NCBI GenBank assembly: GCA_963663165.1
Contig: OY760175.1
Coordinates: 3,136,001-3,200,000 of the forward strand
Length of the DNA stretch: 64,000 nucleotides
Source: an uncultured Desulfospira sp.
Lineage (GTDB): Bacteria > Desulfobacterota > Desulfobacteria > Desulfobacterales > Desulfobacteraceae
Reading direction: 5' to 3'
A program made the position numbers and the translations under genes. Numbering within the stretch: position 1 is the first letter of the stretch; each line of letters starts with the position of its first letter. Positions 9,609-19,592 of the stretch are shown here, in pieces. The notes below the pieces were generated by a model. That model saw only the letters and a program-made list of their open reading frames with translations, made no database searches and was not told the DNA's origin.

Positions 9609-10465
9609 GGCATCATCCCCCTTCCCTTGCCAAACCGCCGCAAAAGCAGGCCGTACCCGATGAGCATCAGGGCCATCAAGACAATCAGCACGATACTTGT
9701 GGCCGAGCCAAGAGGCCAGTTTCGGGCATTGAGAAACTGCTGCCAGATCAGGTTGCCCACCAGCAACTGGCGTGCCCCGCCCAGCAGGGAAGCCACATAG
9801 AAAAGCCCCATGGCAGGGACGAATACCATAACACATCCGGCCATTATCCCGGGCAGGGTCAGCGGGATGATGACCCTCATAAACACAGCCAAGGGCCCTG
9901 CCCCCAGATCCCGGGCAGCTTCAACCAGATGGTAATTGAGCTTTTCAACGGTGGCATACAGGGGCAGCACCATAAACGGCAGCATGAGATAAAAAAGGCC
10001 GGCAATAACGGCATAGTCGGTATACATGATCTTTAACGGGGTTTCGATAACCCCCAGAAAAAGAAGGGCTTTGTTAAGGATACCGTGAGTGCCCAGCACC
10101 ATTCGCATGGCATATGTCCGGACCAGGGAATTGGTCCAGAAGGGAATCATCAGAAGGACCAGCACAGACGTCCGCCATTTAGGCGTCATCCTTGCCGTAT
10201 ACCAGGCAAAGGGAAAACCTATGCCCAGGCACAACACCGTGGTGATCAAAGCCAGTCTCAAAGACCGGGTAAACACGGAGATATACGCCGGATCCATGAG
10301 ATCTAAGTAGGCTTTCCCGCTAAACGGAAGGGCCACCAGGCGGGCTGTATCCATGGTCATAAAACTGGTTATAACCAGGAGCAGCAGCGGAATGACGCCA
10401 AACAAAAGGAACCACCCTGAAATCAGCAGGATAATGTTGAGCCGGGTTTTGCTAATTGGTTTCAT
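9605..10465 (-). CDS. potB: Polyamine ABC transporter permease
   Basis: IPFWTNSLVRTYA, LPFMVLPLY, EAARDLGA and NWPLGSA motifs. Confidence 0.92.
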   Translation of the reverse strand: MKPISKTRLNIILLISGWFLLFGVIPLLLLVITSFMTMDTARLVALPFSGKAYLDLMDPAYISVFTRSLRLALITTVLCLGIGFPFAWYTARMTPKWRTSVLVLLMIPFWTNSLVRTYAMRMVLGTHGILNKALLFLGVIETPLKIMYTDYAVIAGLFYLMLPFMVLPLYATVEKLNYHLVEAARDLGAGPLAVFMRVIIPLTLPGIMAGCVMVFVPAMGLFYVASLLGGARQLLVGNLIWQQFLNARNWPLGSATSIVLIVLMALMLIGYGLLLRRFGKGRGMMP

Positions 10466-11549
10466 CAGGCAGAACGACCTCCCAGCCCTTAACCCAGGAA
10501 ACATGCACCCGTTCGCCGACACTGTAATCAAAATCGGGATCATCTTCGTCGAAAAATTCACAGGCCGTCAGTTCGATACCATTATCCAGGCGGATCAGCG
10601 TATCCAGGGTACTGCCCCGGTAGCTGCGTTCAACAATGCTGCCGGGAAAGGTGATGATATCTTCCGGGGGGGCCTGATAAAGCCGCAGGTCTTCGGGACG
10701 CAGCAGCAGCTGTACCTTGTCGCCTGGTTTGAACTGCCCCTTGCTGCGGGCCGTGACCGGCTGATCAAATATGGTGGTTTCCACCTGCCCTGAATCAAGG
10801 AGGGCGGTTATCTCTCCCGGGAAAAAATTGATGTCCCCGATAAACCTGGCCACATAAAGATTTTCCGGTTCTTCGTAAACCTGGCGGGGGGTTCCCAGTT
10901 GCGCAATGGCCCCGTCCTGCATCACCACAATCCGGTCGGACATGGACAGGGCCTCTTCCTGGTCATGGGTCACAAAAATAAAGGAAATGCCCAGCTCCCG
11001 CTGAAGCTTTTTAAGCTCCAGCTGCATTTCCCGGCGCAGCCGTGCGTCCAGGGCGGAAAGGGGCTCATCCAGAAGCAGAATCCGGGGCCGGTTGACAATG
11101 GCCCTGGCCATGGCGACCCGCTGCTGCTGCCCCCCTGACAGCTGATGGGGATACCGCTTTGCAAAGCCGGCCATCTTAACCTGCTCCAGGGCCTCCATCA
11201 CACGGGTTTCAAGCGCCTGCCCTTTAATTTTTTTGACCTTAAGGCCAAACCCCACATTATTGAACACATTAAGGTGGGGAAAAAGGGCATAGCTTTGAAA
11301 GACCGTGTTGACCTTTCGGTTTTCCGCCGGCTGGGAAAGCAGATTTTTCCCGTCAAGAAGAATGGTGCCGCAGTCCGGCTCTTCAAACCCTGCGATGATG
11401 CGCAAAAGTGTGGTTTTCCCGCATCCCGAAGGGCCCAGAAGGGTGATGAATTCACTTTTTTTGACGTCTAAATTGAAATCCTGAAGGACCTGCTGGTCGA
11501 AGAAAGATTTTCCCACACCGCTAATAGAAAGGACCGTTTCCACCAGCAT
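10452..11549 (-). CDS. potA: Polyamine ABC transporter ATP-binding protein
   Basis: GPSGCGKT, LSGGQQQR, LLLDEP; PotA-type C-terminus EFFDEDDPDFDY. Confidence 0.93.
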   Translation of the reverse strand: MLVETVLSISGVGKSFFDQQVLQDFNLDVKKSEFITLLGPSGCGKTTLLRIIAGFEEPDCGTILLDGKNLLSQPAENRKVNTVFQSYALFPHLNVFNNVGFGLKVKKIKGQALETRVMEALEQVKMAGFAKRYPHQLSGGQQQRVAMARAIVNRPRILLLDEPLSALDARLRREMQLELKKLQRELGISFIFVTHDQEEALSMSDRIVVMQDGAIAQLGTPRQVYEEPENLYVARFIGDINFFPGEITALLDSGQVETTIFDQPVTARSKGQFKPGDKVQLLLRPEDLRLYQAPPEDIITFPGSIVERSYRGSTLDTLIRLDNGIELTACEFFDEDDPDFDYSVGERVHVSWVKGWEVVLPDETN

Positions 11550-11647
11550 CTTTCCTTTGCTTGTCTTGATGTTAATTCGAATACGACGGCATTGTTTTTC
11601 ACCTGTGAAAAAGTGAAATTCTAAATATCCTATCCTTGATCCTTTTG

Positions 11648-11728
11648 TCAATTTCAAAGGAACCGCCGGATAAAAAAAGGGCGTGAAATGGTTCACGCCC
11701 TTGAAAGGATTACCGTTTGTGTTTAATT
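11648..11728. repeat. 81 bp direct repeat, copy 1 (contains a minus-strand terminator hairpin)
   Basis: 77/81 identical to 12735-12815 by manual alignment; hairpin AAGGGCGTGAA...TTCACGCCCTT. Confidence 0.9.
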
Positions 11729-12110
11729 AAGGACGGTATAGCTCAAATCCGATAATATTTTGTAACATGGCAAAATGGTTGTCTAAGCTATAAATGCTAC
11801 TGCCGCTCTGTTTGGCATTTTGCGCAATGATTAAATCAGGGATTCCGACCCCATTAATTCCTTTTTTCAAACAGTTATATTGATATTTAATGATTTGATC
11901 CCAGCGTATATCAATATAAGTTGTTGTAATTGCAGTTAATAGTGAAACTAATTTATTTTTCTTTCTGAGTTTCAGAAAAGGTATGAGCTCACAAAGTATG
12001 AGTTCATTCGTCACAATGAGGTTCTCATCGATTAGAAATCCTAATGTATCTGAATGGTTACCGTATCTGAAGTACTCAATCCATATTGAAGTATCAATTA
12101 AAACCGACAT
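11727..12110 (-). CDS. vapC: PIN-domain toxin
   Basis: LIDTSIWI, E, GIPDLIIA and SLDNHF PIN motifs; AT-rich. Confidence 0.9.
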   Translation of the reverse strand: MSVLIDTSIWIEYFRYGNHSDTLGFLIDENLIVTNELILCELIPFLKLRKKNKLVSLLTAITTTYIDIRWDQIIKYQYNCLKKGINGVGIPDLIIAQNAKQSGSSIYSLDNHFAMLQNIIGFELYRP

Positions 12111-12301
12111 TCTCTGTCTCTAAGTTCGTTTAAGTCAATATCCAAATCTACAGTGCCTTTATACTGTTTGATTTTTGAAATTTTTGATTTGCGAATCAAG
12201 TCCTCAAGAGCTGTAATGATTACTTTTGTTTTTGTTTTAATTTCGGTAGCTTTCATTGCTTCAATGAGCAAGTCTTCTGGTAAGTCAAGCGTTGTTCTCA
12301 T
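12098..12301 (-). CDS. vapB: VapB antitoxin (DUF2191-like)
   Basis: MRTTLDLPEDLLIEAM; overlaps the vapC start; RBS GAGGAGGGG. Confidence 0.88.
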   Translation of the reverse strand: MRTTLDLPEDLLIEAMKATEIKTKTKVIITALEDLIRKSKISKIKQYKGTVDLDIDLNELRDRECRF

Positions 12302-12322
12302 GGTATCCCCTCCTCATGTTTG

Positions 12323-12360
12323 ATGCATATCATTATACGAACCAATGCATATATTGTCAA
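12323..12360 (-). promoter_or_regulatory. Consensus sigma70 promoter of vapBC with two ATATGCAT operator-like boxes
   Basis: Minus strand TTGACA (12360-12355), 17 nt spacer, TATAAT (12337-12332); ATATGCAT occurs in the spacer and again after the -10. Confidence 0.85.
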
Positions 12361-12376
12361 CATTCGGATTTCAATA

Positions 12377-12510
12377 ATCGGGCAGCCGGGGGATAGTTAT
12401 CTACCCCAGCCCCCCTCAGAACCGCACGTGACAGTTTTCCGTCATACGGCTCAAGCATTTCTAAGGCTAAGCCTTGCGGGGTGGCTTTCTTGGATTTGAA
12501 GTCCACATGC
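12377..12510 (-). mobile_element. Group II intron 3' remnant (domains V-VI); no RT ORF
   Basis: Minus strand GAGCCGTATGACGGAAAACTGTCACGTGCGGTTC (34 nt DV, AGC triad, 12452-12419), then a DVI-like stem ending CCCGAT. Confidence 0.85.
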
Positions 12511-12734
12511 TCAGAAGCATCTATCCGCCACGCGCCACGGGCAGAAAGGCAGATGCCGGAAAATAAGCAGGGCTGGGTGCGGATAAGATTCACCCTGCCC
12601 TGCAACGGCGGCAGAATCACTTGGGAGGTGTCCGTAACCATGTTTCACGAACAGTAATCTGCCGGCATAGGGAACATAGGGGCGCTGCGCATCCCTTACT
12701 CAAGTTAATAAGTTAAGGGCGTCCCCTTCACCCC

Positions 12735-12815
12735 TCAATCTCAAATGAACCGCCGGATACAAAAAGGGCGTGAAATGATTCACGCCCTTGAAAGGATTAC
12801 CGTTTGTGTTTAATT
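12735..12815. repeat. 81 bp direct repeat, copy 2; native terminator of the hdrA-mvh operon
   Basis: Overlaps the mvhA stop (12810-12812); hairpin followed by a T run on the minus strand. Confidence 0.9.
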
Positions 12816-14243
12816 GACCTGCTTACCGCTGGCATCAACGATGGCCAGGTTGATGGTATTACCGCCGTCCAGGCGGTGGGTGGCGCAGGAAATTCAGGGG
12901 TCGTAGGCCCGGACCGCCATCTCCACCTTATTGAGGATGGTTTCATCCACCTTGCCGTCATGGATCAGAAGCCTTGCGGCCTGCTCCACGCTCATGCTGA
13001 TGGGGGCCAGGTTGTGGGTGGTGCCCACGATCATGTTGGAGGAGACCATCAGGCCGTTCTCATCGGTGGTGTAATCGTGGATCAGGGTGCCCCTCGGGGC
13101 TTCCACATGGCCCACGCCCCGCCCGGCACCGGGCGTTACGTCCAGCCGGGTTTTGGGATCCGTGATCTTCTTGTCCTGGAGCAGCATCAGGGTCTTTTCA
13201 CAGGCATAGACCAGCTCGATGAGCCTGGCCCAGTGATACAGCAGGGTATGCTGGGGATGCCGGCCAAAGGTGCTGCGAAATTCAGCTAACTCCTTTTGGG
13301 CCAGGGGGGTTGAGATGTCATCACAGACGTTGATCCGGGCCAGGCAGTTGGACCGGTAGACCCCTTTGGGGTTTTTAAGGTCTGTGGAAAATCCCTCTTC
13401 CCAGGACTTGGCATAGGGAAATTTGCCGTAGGACACATCCACCACTTTCTCGCCGATATAATCCAGGTAATCGGTGTCTTCAAAATCCGTGTAAGTGCCG
13501 TCGATTTTCATGAGCCGGATCTTGCCGTCATAAAAGTTCAGGCCGCCGTCAGGGTCCACCGTGCCGATAAACCCGGTGGTGATGGTGCCAAGGGTCTTGA
13601 CATCGTCCAGGTAGGCCGGGAAGATGTTTTCCTTGGCATGGGCCATGGAAAACCTGGCAAATTCCAGCAGCTCTCTGGTGTCGTCCACCAGACTCAGCCG
13701 CTGGGATTCGGACATGGGTTTTGAAAACCCGCCGGGCACAGCGGCAATGGGGTGAATTACCTTGCCGGCAAACTGCTCCATCATCATCTGCCCTTTCTGG
13801 CGCATGCGGATGACCTGTTTGGCCAGGTCCGGGGCGGTCCTGGCAATACCGATGACGTTTCTGACGCTGTAATCGGCATCAGGCCCCATGACAAAGTCCG
13901 GGGCGGCCAGAAAATAAAAATGCAGAATCTTGTCGTTGATATGGGCCATGTTCTGCATGCATTCCCTGAGCAGATGGCCTGCCGGGGCCACATCGGCTTT
14001 GAAACAGGCATCCACGGCCTTGGTGGAGGCCAGGTGATGGTGCCAGGGACAGATGCCGCAGATCCTCGTCACAATCCGGGTGACCTCTTCGGCCGGCCGT
14101 CCTTCAACGTATTTTTCAAATCCCCGGATGCTGTTAAAATGGGTGACCGCGCTTTCCACATTTCCCTGGCCATCCAGTTGTATTTTAATGCTCGCATGTC
14201 CTTCAATTCTGGACAGGGGCGCAATATTGATTGTTTTTCCCAT
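12810..14243 (-). CDS. mvhA: Group 3c [NiFeSe] hydrogenase large subunit, selenocysteine at codon 450
   Basis: RIEGH and RICGIC; reading through UGA at 12896-12894 gives AYDP-U-ISCATH plus a 21 aa extension to TAA; SECIS-like hairpin at 12861-12877. Confidence 0.93.
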
Positions 14244-14245
14244 GC

Positions 14246-15178
14246 TTATCTGCCTCCTTCTTTGCAGACCAGGCGGTTGTGAGCCCCGGAAAACCGCAGG
14301 ATATTCTTGCGGTCCGTCAGGCTTGAAATGTCGATGCCGTTGCTGGCCAGGGCATTGAGCATGTCCAGCAGCTGGTTGCCGTCCTGATTTACCGGCCCGT
14401 AACACCCCCGGCACGGAACCCGGGCGCTGATACACCGGGGGGCGTCCCCGTTGGTGCCGGCGCACCCGACCCGGGTGACCGGTCCCATGCAAAGATAACC
14501 CTGCTCCAAAAGGCAGCGCATGGTGTCCAGGGGCTGGTCCGGATCAAAGTCCGGCTGGGTGAGAAACCGCTTTAAGGTTTTGACCTGGCCCTTGCCCTTC
14601 CGGATGGTGGGGCAGGTGTCGCACACGCTTCTAAAGGGCATCTCCAATGGGGTGTTATTGAGCAGGGACAGAATGGCCGCCCCGATATGGTCTGGATGGG
14701 GCGGGCAGCCCGGCAGATAGATATCCACCGGAACATGCTCGTCCAGGGCATAACACCGGTCCAGAAGGGGAGAGAGTCCTTCGGAGGGAATTTTCCCTTC
14801 TGGATCGGTGCTTTGGGTATGGTAATACCGGTCTGTCAGGCCCTGATTGGAAAAACTGTTGATCAGGGCCGGGATGCCCCCATGAGTAGCACAGGTGCCG
14901 AGGGCAATAAGGATTTTGCATTTTTTGCGCATCTCCCTGGCCACTTCCAGGTGTTCTTCATTCCGGATACCACCGGAAACAAGCCCCACCACGGCTTCAG
15001 GGATCTCAATTTCAGATTTATCCCCCATCTGCCCGTAATGCTTGTGATCCATGAGAACCGGGATATGGACAAAATCAAGTTCCGGGAGAAGTTCCAGAAG
15101 GGTTTCCCCCAAATTCAGAATGGCGATTTCGCATCCGGAGCAGGAATTGAGCCATTCGCTGGCAACGGTTACCGGCAT
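14246..15178 (-). CDS. mvhG: Group 3c hydrogenase small subunit
   Basis: CSGC, GTCA, PGCPP, CLLEQGYLCMGP and PCRGC Fe-S motifs. Confidence 0.92.
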   Translation of the reverse strand: MPVTVASEWLNSCSGCEIAILNLGETLLELLPELDFVHIPVLMDHKHYGQMGDKSEIEIPEAVVGLVSGGIRNEEHLEVAREMRKKCKILIALGTCATHGGIPALINSFSNQGLTDRYYHTQSTDPEGKIPSEGLSPLLDRCYALDEHVPVDIYLPGCPPHPDHIGAAILSLLNNTPLEMPFRSVCDTCPTIRKGKGQVKTLKRFLTQPDFDPDQPLDTMRCLLEQGYLCMGPVTRVGCAGTNGDAPRCISARVPCRGCYGPVNQDGNQLLDMLNALASNGIDISSLTDRKNILRFSGAHNRLVCKEGGR

Positions 15179-15603
15179 GCGTGAACCTCCTTTATTCCGT
15201 AAAGGTTGGGGCCAAGGGCCTTGATTTTATCGGTAAACCGGGTCACCTTTTCGACAAATCTCGGGGCTTCGGCGCCCGAGACCCATTCTAAGGCCACCCG
15301 TTCGGGATCAATGCCCAAATCTTCAAGCATGATCCGGATGATTTCAAATCTTGACTGTGCTTTGTAATTACCTTCCAGGTAATGGCATTCTGACAGATGT
15401 CACCCCATGACCATGACGCCGTCAGCACCTCTTTTCAAGGCGTCCACGACCAGATCCGGGTGGACCATGCCCGAGCACATGACCCGGATGGCTTTCATGT
15501 TGGACGGATAGCTGAGCCGGGAAACCCCGGCCAGGTCACCGCCGGCATAGGAACACCAGTTACACAGAAAACCGATGATGGTGGGTTCGTAATTTTTTGT
15601 CAT
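15169..15603 (-). CDS. mvhD: MvhD [2Fe-2S] subunit, selenocysteine at codon 68
   Basis: FLCNWCSY and RVMCSG; UGA at 15402-15400 sits in G-U-HLSECHY (canonical GCHxGxCHY); frame stays open to TAA at 15171-15169; SECIS-like hairpin at 15367-15383. Confidence 0.92.
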
Positions 15604-15604
15604 T

Positions 15605-18600
15605 TTAATTCTCCGTATGGGCTGCTTGCTCGCGTTTATTTTCTAAAATTGCATCCACTTGTGCCCTGAGTTGTCCCGGTGTAAACCCGTTGACCACCAC
15701 CCCTTCCTTGGGGCAGGTGGCGGCACAGATGCCGCAGCCCTTGCAAAGGGCCTGGTTGGTTTTAATCCGTTTATGGGGTCTGCCGTTGGCGTCGGTATAG
15801 GTGGTCAGTTCAATGGCATTAAAGGGGCAAAGGTCTACGCACAGGGCGCAGCCGTCACACCGGTGGGTCACCGCAGACTTAATGGCGTCCAGGCTGAGCT
15901 GTTTTTTGGACAGGATCACCCCGGCCCTTGAGGCGGCCGCCTTGCCCTGGGCAATGGCCTCGTCCACGGGTTTGGGATAATGGCACATGCCGGCCAGGAA
16001 AACGCCGTCCACACTGGTATCCACCGGCCGGAGCTTGGGATGGGCCTCCATGAGAAACCCGTCGGCATTCACGCCGCATTTGAACATGTCCACAAAGGTA
16101 TTGACGGGATTGGGAACAATGGCCGTGGCCAGAACCACCAGGTCCGCCTCAATCTGCAACGGCATCTGGAGAACCGGGTCAAATATCCGGACGTTCAGGC
16201 CATCTTCTGCTGCCGTTACTTCCGGCCGGGTGTCGGGGGTATACCGGATAAAGATCACCCCGGCGTCCCGGGCCTGCCGGTAAAGTATCTCCTTGTCCGA
16301 GTAGGTCCGGATATCCCGGTACAGGATATAGACATTCATGTCCGGCCGGGCCTGTTTCAGGTCCAGGGCCTTTTTAACGGACTGGGTGCAGCAGACCCTT
16401 GAACAATAGGGATGTTCCGCATTCCGGGAGCCCACACACTGGATAAACACAGCTGAGTCCAGATGGCCCGCGTTATCCGGGTCTTCTTTGAGCATGGCGT
16501 TGAACTCCAGTGCCGTTTTGACCCGGTCATCCCGGCCGTAAAGATATTCTTCGCCCTTGTACTCTTTAGCGCCGGTGGCAATGATGCAGGCCCCGAACTC
16601 GATATCTTCGGGGATGCCGTCCACCAGAAGCTCACCGGTGAAACTACCCACAAATCCTGAAACGGCTGAAAGGGTTGTGTTTGTCCGAACGTCAATCAGG
16701 CCGTGCTGCCGGATCTTTTCTTTGAGAAGGGCCACATGGGCTTTTATATCTTCATCTTTCCAGGTCTTTGCCAGCTGGTTGGAGACCCCGCCCATATCGT
16801 TGTCTTTTTCAACCAGGATGGTTTCAAACCCCTGTTCGGCCAGGTTCAGGGCCGCGCTCATGCCGGCAAAGCCCGCCCCCACCACCAGTGCCCGGGGCGT
16901 GATATTCACCTTGATATCGTGCAGCGGTTCGTCTTTGAGAACCTTGGCCAGGGCCATGCGGATCTGGGCCTTGGCTTTTTCCGTGGCCTTCTCAGGTTCA
17001 TCCGGATGGACCCAGGAGTTCATGTTCCTTATATTGGCCATTTCCACCATGTACTTGTTCAGGCCGACACTTTGAAGGGTCTCCTGGAACAAAGGTTCAT
17101 GGGTCCGGGGGGTGCAGGCGGCAATGACCACCCCGGTCAGCCCCTTTTCCCTGATGGTTTCGGCGATCAGGGTCTGGGTGTCGGCAGAACAGGTAAACAG
17201 GTTGTTTTCGGCATAGACCACACCGGGAAGGGTGGCGGCATACCGGGTCAGTTCATCCACATCCACTACCGAGGCAATATTGGTGCCGCAGGAGCAGACA
17301 AATACGCCGATACCAGGCTTTTTACCGGTCAGATCCAGTTCTTCAACAAACCGCTGTTCCAGGGTCCGGGTGCCCCGGGCTTTGGCCAGGGCCGCCTTGG
17401 CTTCAGCCGCCGCCGTGGAGGCCAAGGCCACGCTCTGGGGAATGGCTTTGGGGGACTGGAAGGCACCGGTAACAAAAATGCCCTCCCGGCTGGTGGACAC
17501 GGGGTTAAAACTGCCCACCCGGGCAAACCGGAACTGATTCAGGTCAATCTGACAGGTTTGGGCCAGTTTTCTGACCCCCTCAGGGGCTTTCAGACCAATG
17601 GACAGGACCACGATATCAAAGTTTTCTTCATGGCTTTGCCCGGCTTCGTCGGCCCAGATCATGGTGGCGCCGTGGCCGTCGGGTCCTTTGAGGATGGTAT
17701 GGGGCCGGGATCTGACATAGCGGACCCCTTTGGTGATGGACTCTTCGTAATACCGCTCATACTCTTTGCCCGGGGTCCGGATGTCCATGTAGAAAATGGT
17801 CTGTTCCGATGCCCCGTTAATGTGGCCCTGGGTCATGACCGCCTGTTTGATGGCATACATGCAGCAGACCGCAGAGCAGTACTCCTGGTCACCCCGGTTG
17901 ATATTCCGGGAGCCCACGCACTGGATCCAGGCCACTTTGGCAGGCTCGCTGCCGTTGGACCGGCATTTTAAGTGGCCCATGTCGGGGCCGGAGGCCGAGA
18001 GCATCCGCTCATATTCCAGACTGGTCACCACATCCGGGATATTGTCGTACCCATAAAAATCAATCCCGGCCGGACTGAAGGGCTGGAACCCCGGAGAGAG
18101 GATAATGGCCCCTACCTCAAGTTCAATGGTTTCCGGCTTCATGTCATGGTTAATGGCGCCGGTGGGACAGGCTTTGGCGCAGATCCCGCATTTGCCTTTG
18201 GCCAGGTAAATGCAGTGTTCCGGGTCTATGGCATATTTGAGGGGAACGGTCTGGCCGTACTTGATGTAAGCGGCTTTCCGCTTGGCCAGGCCGGCGTTGT
18301 ATTCGTCCTCTACCTTTTTGGGGCACTTTTCAGCGCAGATCCCGCAGGCAATGCATTTTTCTTCATCCACATACCGGGGTTTTTTCAAGACAGAAACGGT
18401 AAAATCCCCGGCCTGTCCTTCTACCGCCTCAATTTCACTTAAGGTCAAAAGTTCGATATTTAAGTGCCGACCGCACTCAACCAGCTTGGGTGAAACAATT
18501 CACATGGCACAGTCGTTGGTCGGGAAGGTCTTGTCCAGCTGGGACATGGCCCCGCCGATACCGGCGGATTTTTCCAGAAGATAGACGTAGAACCCGGCAT

Positions 18601-18679
18601 CGGCCAGGTCCAGGGCGCACTGGATTCCGGCAATACCACCACCGGCAACCAATACGGCACCATTGGTTTTTTCAGTCAT
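15605..18679 (-). CDS. hdrA: Heterodisulfide reductase subunit A-like flavo/Fe-S protein, selenocysteine at codon 60
   Basis: [25 protein letters not shown] joins the 61 aa and 947 aa ORFs in frame; two QCVGSR modules and ferredoxin motifs; SECIS-like hairpin at 18460-18480. Confidence 0.93.
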
Positions 18680-18717
18680 ACACACCTCTTTTAAAATTTA
18701 GGGATTAACTTTGATCT

Positions 18718-19221
18718 TTATGCGTTAAAAGCCCACCGGGCTTTAAGGGTCTTTATTATCCACTGTACAGCCGGGTGGATGGCGTTTTGGGCATAGGTGG
18801 TGAGCCCCGGCCTGATTTCATTGGGGATGGCGTCGGTCTGCATGGCCAGCACTTTGACGTCAACACCCTGGTCCCCAAGTTGGGACAGCAGGCTGGAGGA
18901 GGGGGATTGATGCAGGGAAAAATCTGATATTTTTTCTTTGGGAACCTGTGAAAGGTCCAGTTCAAACACACTTCCGTTTTCACGACCGTCAACGGTCACG
19001 GCATCGACAACGATCAGGAGCTTGGGTTTGTTCTCCTGCAAGAGCAGATCAAACACAAGATCCCGGATGCCGGTACCGGCATCCATTACCAAAACCGAAT
19101 CCGGCAGGTCATAGTCTTTGGCCAGATGGCCGGCCACTGCCGGACCAAAACCATCATTTCCAAACAAGGTATTGCCGCAGCCCAAAACCAGAAACGGTTT
19201 GCTGTATATTTCCGTACTCAT
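18718..19221 (-). CDS. Hydrogenase maturation protease
   Basis: LGCGNTLFGNDGFG, DAGT, VVDAV and SLHQ motifs; first gene of the operon. Confidence 0.9.
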   Translation of the reverse strand: MSTEIYSKPFLVLGCGNTLFGNDGFGPAVAGHLAKDYDLPDSVLVMDAGTGIRDLVFDLLLQENKPKLLIVVDAVTVDGRENGSVFELDLSQVPKEKISDFSLHQSPSSSLLSQLGDQGVDVKVLAMQTDAIPNEIRPGLTTYAQNAIHPAVQWIIKTLKARWAFNA

Positions 19222-19392
19222 TACTACCTTTGCAACCTGTCCCTTCAGATTCTTTGAACCGGATAAAACCATTTAAATCCAATTCAAACATAACCATCCG
19301 GGAATCATAACATCTTCTCATGCTCTGAGAAAAAAATTTGAATTCTTATCAGAGAAAAAACGGCAAGTCAATATGGGTGGCAAAAAAAAATA

Positions 19393-19534
19393 CAGGGTGA
19401 TGGCATGTAATCTGCCGGATGTCTGGTATGTGAATATGGAGACTGAAAACCGGAAACGGGAGACCGGATGAGGCGGTGTTGTTGGGTCGGTCGTAGGGAC
19501 AATTCATGAATTGCCCCACCATCACCATCCCCTG
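19393..19534. repeat. Degenerate ISAs1-type MITE end with GGAGACC heptamers and a GTAG-type REP palindrome
   Basis: CAGGGTGATGGCATGTAA at 19393; GTAGGGACAATTCATGAATTGCCCC at 19493. Confidence 0.55.
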
Positions 19535-19592
19535 TAATTATGATAAATAGGGAACCGCCATTAAATCAATTTGGGGGTTGGGAGGGGACTTT

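Noticed and set aside
12357..12641. 94 aa ORF as a real gene, or evidence of a retron/DGR
   Set aside because: Its C-terminus is just the translation of intron DV-DVI; there are no RT motifs anywhere in the window.
818..17971. Long antisense or alternative-frame ORFs (818-1735, 1965-2690, 16703-17971; likewise 56721-57548, 60703-61728, 62427-63182)
   Set aside because: They overlap well-supported genes, have no recognisable motifs and are typical shadows of GC-rich coding DNA.
12894..18685. hdrA, mvhD and mvhA as pseudogenes with premature stops
   Set aside because: All three stops are UGA at conserved Cys positions, with in-frame continuation and SECIS-like hairpins; selenocysteine explains them better.
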